In this document: one piece after another, positions 37,801 through 48,320 of the stretch
Position numbering within the stretch: position 1 is the stretch's first letter
How the letters are laid out: each line of letters opens with the position of its first letter
Source: Ylistrum balloti
Lineage: Eukaryota
Direction of reading: 5' to 3'
Assembly: GCF_031769215.1 (NCBI RefSeq)
Contig: NW_026782486.1
Span: forward strand, 1-64,000
Length of the DNA stretch: 64,000 bases
The notes under the pieces: model-generated
The model's database searches: none
Seen by the model: only the letters and a program-made list of their open reading frames with translations
Told to the model about the DNA's origin: nothing
Translations under genes and position numbers: made by a program

Positions 37801-39481
37801 TTATTGTACTTTTTGTGTTGGTGTAATTCATTATTGTACTTATGTGTTGGTGTAATTCATTATTGTACTTTTTGTGTTGGTGTAATTCATTATTGTACTT
37901 TTTGTGTTGGTGTAATTCATTATTGTACTTATGTGTTGGTGTAATTCATTATTGTACTTATGTGTTGGTGTAATTCATTATTGTACTTTTTGTGTTGGTG
38001 TAATTCATTATTGTACTTTTTGTGTTGGTGTAATTCATTATTGTACTTATGTGTTGGTGTAATTCATTATTGTACTTTTTGTGTTGGTGTAATTCATTAT
38101 TGTACTTTTTGTGTTGGTGTAATTCATTATTGTACTTATGTGTTGGTGTAATTCATTATTGTACTTATGTGTTGGTGTAATTCATTATTGTACTTTTTGT
38201 GTTGGTGTAATTCATTATTGTACTTTTTGTGTTGGTGTAATTCATTATTGTACTTATGTGTTGGTGTAATTCATTATTGTACTTTTTGTGTTGGTGTAAT
38301 TCATTATTGTACTTTTTGTGTTGGTGTAATTCATTATTGTACTTTTTGTGTTGGTGTAATTCATTATTGTACTTTTTGTTGGTGTAATTCATTATTGTAC
38401 TTTTTGTGTTGGTGTAATTCATTATTGTACTTTTTGTGTTGGTGTAATTCATTATTGTACTTTTTGTGTTGGTGTAATTCATTATTGTACTTTTTGTGTT
38501 GGTGTAATTCATTATTGTACTTATGTGTTGGTGTAATTCATTATTGTACTTTTTGTGTTGGTGTAATTCATTATTGTACTTTTTGTGTTGGTGTAGTTCA
38601 TTATTGTACTTATGTGTTGGTGTAATTCATTATTGTACTTTTTGTGTTGGTGTAATTCATTATTGTACTTTTTGTGTTGGTGTAATTCATTATTGTACTT
38701 ATGTGTTTGTGTAATTCATTATTGTACTTTTTGTGTTGGTGTAATTCATTATTGTACTGATGTGTTGGTGTAATTCATTATTGTACTTTTTGTGTTGGTG
38801 TAATTCATTATTGTACTTTTTGTGTTGGTGTAATTCATTATTGTACTTATGTGTTGGTGTAATTCATTATTGTACTTTTTGTGTTTGTGTAATTCATTAT
38901 TGTACTTTTTGTGTTGGTGTAATTCGTTATTGTACTTTTTGTGTTGGTGTAATTCATTATTGTACTTTTTGTGTTGGTGTAATTCATTATTGTACTTTTT
39001 GTGTTGGTGTAATTCATTATTGTACTTTTTGTGTTGGTGTAATTCATTATTGTACTTTTTGTGTTTGTGTAATTCATTATTGTACTTTTTGTGTTGGTGT
39101 AATTCATTATGTGTTTGTGTAACTTATTGTGTGTTGTGTAATTCATTATTGTACTTTTTGTGTTGGTGTAATTCATTATTGTACTTATGTGTTGGTGTAA
39201 TTCATTATTGTACTTATGTGTTGGTGTAATTCATTATTGTACTTTTTGTGTTGGTGTAATTCATTATTGTACTTATGTGTTGGTGTAATTCATTATTGTA
39301 CTTTTTGTGTTGGTGTAATTCATTATTGTACTTTTTGTGTTGGTGTAATTCATTATTGTACTTTTTCTGTTGACAGATGTTACTGAGATTGCGCTGGCTG
39401 GTACCACAGCATTGTTTGGACATCTTCATGGAATGGGAATTTCCTAGTGGCCTGTCATCGTCTGCCAAGAAAAGCAGATGA
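31845..39481 (+). CDS. Short-chain dehydrogenase/reductase, SDR9C family (BDH1/retinol dehydrogenase-like) with N-terminal hydrophobic anchor; join(31845-32082, 32491-32694, 32847-32999, 33508-33695, 37397-37633, 39377-39481), 374 aa
   Basis: GT-AG introns with consistent phases. Motifs: ITGCDTGFG (TGxxxGxG), [50 protein letters not shown] (BDH1-like), YGKNYF. Catalytic motif is HAMTK instead of YxxxK. AATAAA at ~39540. Confidence 0.92.
33238..33380. repeat. 28-bp tandem repeat GTTATACTGCAGAGGCGGAAACTTCCGA x~5
   Basis: Directly visible in the SDR intron upstream of exon 33508. Confidence 0.9.
33700..36370. repeat. Minisatellite, 37-bp unit AGGTATACAGGTAAACACACTCAACTCTTCACTGTTA, ~72 copies, starting at the SDR donor at 33696
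   Basis: Directly visible; the first, divergent unit overlaps the authentic donor region. Confidence 0.98.
37660..39370. repeat. Minisatellite, 30-bp (29-bp variant) unit GTGTTGGTGTAATTCATTATTGTACTTTTT, ~57 copies, filling the last SDR intron
   Basis: Directly visible; source of the [20 protein letters not shown] ORFs; ends at the acceptor at 39376. Confidence 0.98.
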
Positions 39482-40877
39482 CACTGACCTACTTTCAGCA
39501 TACTAGCATGTGTAATAATTTATTCATTTGATGTCTCATAATAAAAAAAGAAAACCTTGGATTCTGTCTCCATTTTCTATCCCAGTTATCTCCCATTATA
39601 CACAATCTGTTGTTTTACACGACAGTGCTCCATTCCAAGGCCTACACACACAAGTATAGTACAATAACCTCATGTGTTAACATGTTTTCTGGAACATTGT
39701 TGTCAATGACACACAATCAAGTTTGCCAAAGATGTAGGTGTATGTAATGATGATTGCTAAGATTACTACACTTCTCTATATAATTTATGTCATGGTGGTA
39801 CATTTCCCGATCAGTGTAGGATTGACATCAGTGCCACAGCAGTACTACAGACATGTTTCTAGGTTTGTGCTCCTCAGTCCATCTGTCTGTCTCTCTGTCT
39901 GTCTGGTTGTCCAGAAGCCTGTATGTTCACTTGAATGAGTGTTTTTGCGATTGCTCTCACATGCAATGAACAGATTGTGGACACCTGCTGGGATGTTGTA
40001 GTGTCACACACTAAGATTGGGAATCCTGTCTTAATATCTCTATATGTGCTTGGTATATTATCACTCACAAATGACAAATCTTGTGTACAAGTTCCTCCCT
40101 GTTGGGATGCTTGTGCTGCATAAAATCTTCTGTTTTTGTCCTCAGACTGTCTAGTGACTTTGGGTTGTAATACATCACCTTGGTTTAGATAACAGAATTG
40201 ATGACGTAGGTGTTGTCTGTTTACCTATTGCTAGCAGCATGTAAGATGCAATACATGACATATTGGATGTGGTATATAAGTTATGATACATGTGTATGAA
40301 TCAGCTGGGAGTGCAGGGAAATTGTCTTGTTTATAAGATATCTGAGAGACGATATTTAAACTTATATATCTTATATACATTGTAACATATTTAATAGAGT
40401 GGAATGAAATTTAAAGAGATCAATACTGCTCCTTAAATAAATGATATGCTGGCTTGTCATATGTGATGTGTACACACTCATCGTGATGAAATGATCAAAA
40501 AACCTGCGTCTCTCAAAACCATGTGTTCTCTTGACTCAGCTGGTGATCAAGTCATGGCAGTTGGGGGAAGCAATGAATTCACCAATGAGATGTTTAAAAC
40601 TCCATTAAATCATCACACTGCTTGCTACACACAATATTTGGTAAGCTACATTAAAACATCCATACTTAGGACTTTTGAAGTACATTTTATTCATTGATGT
40701 GTCAATTACAATAAAAAGAAGTATTGTAGGAAATATTTTTTCTTTATAAAAGTCACAACTATATGAGAATAGAGTTCCTTACAAAGTTTTTTTTTTATTT
40801 TGCCATTCATAAACCTGTAGAAGCGAAGGCCCTTATGTATTTGCCTGCTTTCATTCTCCCTGCTTCTTTACTGGTCA

Positions 40878-41503
40878 CATTATCTGTCTGTATTCTTACA
40901 ATCATCCTGTTCCTGTAGAGGTGAAGGTCATTATCTGTATGCTTACAATCACCCTGCTCCTGTAGAGGTGAAGGTCATTATCTGTATGCTTACAATCACC
41001 CTGCTCCTGTAGAGGTGAAGGTCATTATCTGTATGCTTACAATCACCCTGTTCCTGTAGAGGTGAAGGTCATTATCTGTCTGTATTCTTACAATCAATCT
41101 GTTCCTGTAGAGGTGAAGGTCATTATCTGTCTGTATTCTTACAATCAACCTGTTCCTCTAGAGGTGAAGGTCATTATCTGTCTGTATTCTTACAGTCACC
41201 CATTTCCTCTAGAGGTGAAGGTCATTATCTGTCTGTATTCTTACAATCATCCTGTTCCTGTAGAGGTGAAGGTCATTATCTGTCTGTATTCTTACAATCA
41301 TCCTGTTCCCCTAGAGGTGAAGGTCATTATCTGTATTTTTACAATCACCTTGCTCCTGTAGAGGTGAAGGTCATTATCTGATTGTATTCTTTTAATTATC
41401 CTGTTCCTACAGTGATGAGGGTCGTTATCTGTCTATATTCATATGATTGGCAGGTCATTATCTGTATCCTTACAATTACCCTGTTTCCATAGAGGTGAAG
41501 GTC
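40878..41503. repeat. Minisatellite, 47/51-bp unit ...CCTGTTCCTGTAGAGGTGAAGGTCATTATCTG..., ~12 copies
   Basis: GTAGAGGTGAAGG at 40915, 40962, 41009, 41056, 41107... Confidence 0.95.
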
Positions 41504-41629
41504 AACAATCAGTTGTTCTCTGGTGATTTCCTCAGTGTTTAGCTCACCTAGTCCTTTTGCAGCTGTCATTTTTATGCTCCCAGACAGAAGAGCATAGAGT
41601 CGCATCTTTGTCTGTCCATCTTCGTTTGT

Positions 41630-44400
41630 TTGTCTGTTTTGTTCTATAACATGACCTAACCTGACCTGTTGTTTTGTTCTGTAACATGACCTAACCTGGC
41701 CTGTTGTTTTGTTCTATAACATGACCTAAGCTGCCCTGTTGTTTTGTTCTATAACATGACCTAACCTGATTTGTTGTTTTGTTCTGTAATGTGACATATC
41801 CTGGCCTGGTGTTTTGTTCTATAACATGACATAACATGGCCTGTTGTCTTGTTTTATAACATGACATAACCTGATCTGTTGTTTGTTCTATAACATGACC
41901 TAAGCTGGCCTGTTGTTTTGTTCTATAACATGACCTAACCTGATTTGTTATTTTGTTCTGTAATGTGACATATCCTGGCCTGGTGTTTTGTTCTATAACA
42001 TGACATAACATGGCCTGTTGACTTGTTTTATAACATGACATAACCTGATCTATTGTTTTGTTCTGTAATGTGACATAACCTGGCCTGTTGTTTTGTTCTG
42101 TAACATGACCTAACCTGGCCTGTTGTTTTGTTCTGTAATGTGACCTAACCTGACCTGTTGTTTTGTTCTATAACATGACCTAACCTGGCCTGTTGTTTTG
42201 TTCTGTAACATGACCTAACCTGGCCTGTTGTTTTGTTCTGTAACATGACCTAACCTGACCTGTTGTTTTGTTCTGTAATGTGACATAACCTGGCCTGTTG
42301 TTTTGTTCTGTAACATGACCTAACCTGGCCTGTTGTTTTGTTCTATAACATGACCTAAGCTGCCCTGTTGTTTTGTTCTATAACATGACCTAACCTGATT
42401 TGTTGTTTTGTTCTGTAATGTGACATATCCTGGCCTGGTGTTTTGTTCTATAACATGACATAACATGGCCTGTTGTCTTGTTTTATAACATGACATAACC
42501 TGATCTGTTGTTTGTTCTATAACATGACCTAAGCTGGCCTGTTGTTTTGTTCTATAACATGACCTAACCTGATTTGTTATTTTGTTCTGTAATGTGACAT
42601 ATCCTGGCCTGGTGTTTTGTTCTATAACATGACATAACATGGCCTGTTGTCTTGTTTTATAACATGACATAACCTGATCTATTGTTTTGTTCTGTAATGT
42701 GACATAACCTGGCCTGTTGTTTTGTTCTGTAACATGACCTAACCTGGCCTGTTGTTTTGTTCTGTAATGTGACCTAACCTGACCTGTTGTTTTGTTCTAT
42801 AACATGACCTAACCTGGCCTGTTGTTTTGTTCTGTAACATGACCTAACCTGGCTGTTGTTTTGTTCTGTAACATGACCTAACCTGACCTGTTGTTTTGTT
42901 CTATAACATGACCTAACCTGACCTGTTGTTTTGTTCTGTAATGTGACCTAACCTGGCCTGTTGTTTTGTTCTATAACATGACCTAACCTGACCTGTTGTT
43001 TTGTTCTGTAACATGACCTAACCTGGCCTGTTGTTTTGTTCTATAACATGACCTAACCTGACCTGTTGTTTTGTTCTGTAATGTGACATAACCTGGCCTG
43101 TTGTTTTGTTCTGTAACATGACCTAACCTGGCCTGTTGTTTTGTTCTATAACATGACCTAACCTGACCTGTTGTTTTGTTCTGTAATGTGACATAACCTG
43201 GCCTGTTGTTTTGTTCTGTAACATGACCTAACCTGGCCTGGTGTTTTGTTCTATAACATGACCTAAGCTGCCCTGTTGATTTGTTCTATAACATGACCTA
43301 ACCTGATTTGTTATTTTGTTCTGTAATGTGACATATCCTGGCCTGGTGTTTTGTTCTATAACATGACATAACATGGCCTGTTGTCTTGTTTTATAACATG
43401 ACATAACCTGATCTATTGTTTTGTTCTGTAATGTGACATAACCTGGCCTGTTGTTTTGTTCTGTAACATGACCTAACCTGGCCTGTTGTTTTGTTCTGTA
43501 ATGTGACCTAACCTGACCTGTTGTTTTGTTCTATAACATGACCTAACCTGGCCTGTTGTTTTGTTCTGTAACATGACCTAACCTGGCCTGTTGTTTTGTT
43601 CTGTAACATGACCTAACCTGACCTGTTGTTTTGTTCTATAACATGACCTAACCTGACCTGTTGTTTTGTTCTGTAATGTGACCTAACCTGGCCTGTTGTT
43701 TTGTTCTATAACATGACCTAACCTGACCTGTTGTTTTGTTCTGTAACATGACCTAACCTGGCCTGTTGTTTTGTTCTATAACATGACCTAACCTGACCTG
43801 TTGTTTTGTTCTGTAATGTGACATAACCTGGCCTGTTGTTTTGTTCTGTAACATGACCTAACCTGGCCTGGTGTTTTGTTCTATAACATGACCTAAGCTG
43901 CCCTGTTGATTTGTTCTATAACATGACCTAACCTGATTTGTTGTTTTGTTCTGTAATGTGACATATCCTGGCCTGGTGTTTTGTTCTATAACATGACATA
44001 ACATGGCCTGTTGTCTTGTTTTATAACATGACATAACCTGGCCTGTTGTTTTGTTCTGTAACATGACCTAACCTGGCCTGGTGTTTTGTTCTATAACATG
44101 ACCTAACCTGACCTGTTGTTTTGTTCTATGACATGACCTAACCTGGCCTGTTGTTTTGTTCTATAACATGACCTAACCTGGCCTGTTGTTTTGTTCTATA
44201 ACATGACCTAACCTGACCTGTTGTTTTGTTCTATGACATGACCTAACCTGACCTGTTGTTTTGTTCTATAACATGACCTAACCTGGCCTGTTGTTTTGTT
44301 CTGTAATGTGACATAACCTGACCTGTTGTTTTGTTCTATAACATAACAAAACCTGGCTTGGCAGTTTTTTTAGGCTGTCACGTGACCTTACCTGACCTGT
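41630..44400. repeat. Minisatellite, 35-bp unit CTGTTGTTTTGTTCTATAACATGACCTAACCTGGC, ~79 copies, with higher-order repeats
   Basis: Directly visible; near-identical ORFs at 41691-42041 and 42320-42670 (629-bp offset). Confidence 0.98.
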
Positions 44401-47400
44401 TGGTTTGTTCTGTCACAGGATCTAATCTGACCTGTTTTTTTTCTGACACATGACTGACCTACATGTATCCTTCAGTACATCTATAGTAATGAACAGTTTC
44501 GTCTATAACAACTTGTAACAACGACTGTAAATTCCATCATACAGGAAGGTTACCTACTCCATTATCATAAAACAACGCGGTAAACAGCTGTTTCTTCATC
44601 ACGATAATTGTTCAGTCTGAACCGAGCTTGGTTTTCCTTGTTTTCTTCCACGACAATATGAAGTGTTTTATGGGTGGATACCTGTTTGTATCTACACGTG
44701 TATTGTAAACACTTCTACATAAGTATGCTTCATTTTCAGTGACCTTGACACAGAAATAGCCAACCATCGTCCGAACATGTCTGCTCGTCCGTCAGCCTAA
44801 GCCACGTTACAGGAGGTTTCATACCTTTCTTTTGGCAACTCTTTTGCATCAATCAGTCTCGTTAACCTGTGCGTTATTTGTCGACATTTCTACCGCTATC
44901 GTAGCGACTTTTGGCCGACATCCTGTTAGCTAGATGTATAGGCTGTTCCGTATAGAACCGCTACGCTTCATTTACATCTCAAAACTAATTGGTGTTACAA
45001 GCTAGATTATATACGACACACTTTCCAGTGTATATAACGCTTATAGTAACACTTCGTTTTCAAGCATGTTTGTGCGCAAATCAAGGGTTGAAATTCAGTA
45101 TCGACAGTTCTTCATTCATTTTATTCAACACAGAAGTATCTACTCGACAGCAATACACGCCAGGGTCAACGAGACCAATATTAACAGGCATCTCATATTA
45201 ATGCGAATTTTGAACAGAGATAAGTGTCAAAAATCAACACCATGTACCAAACCTACATGCAATGTTGGCACTTTAAAGCACCACGACAAATGTGACGTTA
45301 GAGCACACCTGACAGACGAGTCGATCTGATCTCCTTATGTAATGTTCTTGTAATGCCAGGTAATCTTTGAAATCTATCATTATTCACTCTTATAAGGCCC
45401 ATCAAATTGTTTATCCCCAACTTTAACTTACCTAGAATCATGATTTAACACTAAACACAGACAGTGGGTTGTGTGTTTTTTAATCAGTTTGGAAGAAAAT
45501 GTCTTCCTCAAGATTTCTTTTTAAGCAAATTGAACTGACGATTGATAATGCCAGAACGATGAGATGGGATGGAATAGAGACGAAATAACTGACGATTGTA
45601 AAACACGCTTATTTGTTACACAATGTACACAATGATGTTACTCCTAACTACCTGAATACTCACCCGTGTTGCTGATCACTTAACTCTCCGTATTACAGAA
45701 AATCTATATTTCACCTAATAACAAAGCACTGTTGTCTATCCTACCTTTCTTCCCTCTACAATTAGACAGCAGGATCACGTCTTCCGAAATATTACGCACA
45801 GTGTCTCAATTCTCTGCTTTCAAATATACTATAGGAAATAGGAAATGTGGTTTTTTGAACATGTTAACATATGTGTATATGATTTATTGTAGGGAAATGG
45901 CTTGGTATAAGTTGTATAACTTGTGCTCAATCTCGTTGCAATTGAAATGCAATAAAAATGTATTAAGGTCAAATTTAAAAAAATCGAAATACATAATTGT
46001 TATCTGTTAGACATAACCCCTCCCCCACCCCCACCCACAACAAGGATTTACGGATTTACATTGAACAATCAGTTTATCGGTTAACAGTAAAACATTAAAT
46101 AAAAACCTATGAATTGTAAAATAATGAGTCTCCTCAAGAGCTTAGAGTCTGCATTACGACCAGATGAATCACTGGCCCAGAAGTGCGCACGTGCCATTGG
46201 GCTGTCCAGTTGGAATCCAACAAATTCCGGGAACTCTGAACTACGCGTGTTTTTCCTCCCACACGTAAAATGAAAGTTGGACGTCAGGAAAGGTGCACTT
46301 TATGTGATGTGCCGCTGTGCTTGGTGAGTGAAGACCCGCACACGTGAACACTTGCTGCCGGCGATCATGATGATACCAAAACATTTTTCTCTCAGGCAAT
46401 TATATAACACAACACACGCATTGCGTTTGAGGTTTTTCAGGGGAAAAAAACTTATTTTCTAACAACAGAATAGATCAGTAACTTACTTTGAGCGGTATAT
46501 CTATCAGGGTGACCTCTGCTGTACAACACCGCCGAAAGGATCCAAACTTAACTCCTACCCTGTTCTATAAACATTACCCGATTTACACGATAACCTTCAA
46601 CTTGGCGTATAGGTTGTAAATCATCTGGCGTTCCAGTGATAGATAGTGTTATACAAAACAGATTTAAAGTACATATTTCTACCTTAATATGATCTTATAT
46701 CATTACTAAACTGCTTCGTTAGAATAAAGGTCATTTGGCATAAATGGCGAATTATTTTCATTTTTGTTGGTTAAATTTTCAAGTTTGGATGTTTTTCCTA
46801 TTACTGCGGCGTCCTAACACACAGACCGACAGTATGTAAATTAGTGTTATAAATGGCTGCAGGTTTTACATAGTGCGGTTGGTGCCTTATTGAACGTCTC
46901 TTCCCAATATCACGATTTTCGAGCAAGATGTCAGCAACTGAAAAACTGACAACACAAAGTTTGGAGAGATGCAGGTTGATTGAGATGATAGGGACGATTT
47001 ACTGTCGTCATAATGACCTCAATCAGAACTGTTTGATTTCTTCTGCGATATGAAGTTGGACGCAAGTTCTTATACACTATTTAAAAGGCATTAAGGCGTG
47101 ACATCTCTATATCTACACTTTTCAACATACGAATGAGAAGTGTGAAAATACTGAATGATTTCACGTATTAGAAAAAAATCCCTTGCCGAGCCACTATCTA
47201 TTAGCGACGTTTTGACAGCCAATTGCGGCCACTTGTCCCTAGTTAGCTTGTTAGTGGTACATTTTGAAGTTAAGTCTGTATAAACGACACGTTGATGATG
47301 TATTGATGATAGTTAAGAAAGAGTCACAAAACTTTGGAACCAGCATATCTATACAGAAAATACTACCGCATCAAGTTCACGTGCCAGAAACCAATGACAT

Positions 47401-47559
47401 TCTTCCTTTACACACTTCGTGTAAAAACAGATAACGGCAGTCAAAGTATTTTTCAGCAGAAAGTTAACAGACACTGATCAATACCTCAACTTCCAGCCTC
47501 CCCAGCTGAAGTTAGACAGGAGGCCTTGGCACCATTAACACGTGTTCGGAGTTAGCAAT

Positions 47560-48120
47560 TCAGAGGGCAAACAAGTAATTGAAGAAAGGAAAAAGGAAGG
47601 GTCTAAGAGAAGGACCGTCAAGAAAAGGAATAAAATCACGTGACAGGTTGTCATTACGTACATGAAATAGTTATCAGATATCATTTGCAGCCGTGAAACC
47701 TCACAAGACGCTCTGTAATATCCTTGTCTATCATAAGAATATAACTCGTATAATGAAACGAAATGATGAACAACACTTTCGTAGCAGGAGTAATACAAGA
47801 CTGACAAATCTCTGAGATTAGGCACAACACCGTGGACATCAGCGTCTTATTCAATATGTAAGAAGGCTTTGAAAAATTAACGACATAATAAAAATGTGAT
47901 TGCCCAAAATCGCTGGAAAGAAGGCAAAGCAAAAACAAGAGAAGGACTTACATGGGGACTCTTGAAAAAAGCATAAGTGTCTTCTTGTCACATTAACGAC
48001 AAGAGCAATTATTTGGTCAATCGAAGTAAATACAATCATGTTCTTAAATGGGAACAAGATTAAACAACAACGTAGCATACTAACGAGCATCAAACACGTG
48101 GTCATACCGCACAAGGAAAT
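47560..48120 (-). pseudogene. Probable frameshifted rhodopsin-class GPCR fragment (about TM3-TM6)
   Basis: Three overlapping minus-strand ORFs join into MTTCLMLVSMLRCCLILFPFK..FT (TM3/ICL2-like), IIALVVN (TM4), ISEICQSCITPATKVLFIISFHYTSYIL (TM5) and MTTCHVILFLFLTVLLLDPSFFL (TM6). At least two frameshifts; no introns seen. Confidence 0.4.
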
Positions 48121-48210
48121 GGGATATGTCCCTATAAGATCGTGTAGTCTGTATTAAGACTCTCAATCACCTAACAATCGAACCAGCTGACATCCTATGA
48201 GGAAGGCTTT

Positions 48211-48320
48211 GGGTTATGTCCCCTGGACGAGACACACCAAAGTCTTTTAACGCTCAGTCTTATGATCGTGTAACGACTGGTGTACCCGTTGTCAGTATAA
48301 TGTGATCGGTTGGGGTGGCC
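48211..48320 (+). mobile_element. SINE fragment (MetaSINE-like central domain) that seeds the 58-bp array
   Basis: CGAGACACACCAAAGTCTTT..CGCTCAG..ACGACTGG..CCCGTTGTCAGTATAATGTGATCGGTTGGGGTG resembles recalled mollusc SINE sequence and runs directly into the tandem array. Confidence 0.5.

Noticed and set aside
37669-39229. Cys-rich [20 protein letters not shown] ORFs
   Set aside because: They lie in the 30-bp intronic array of the SDR gene; the real frame splices out at 37633.
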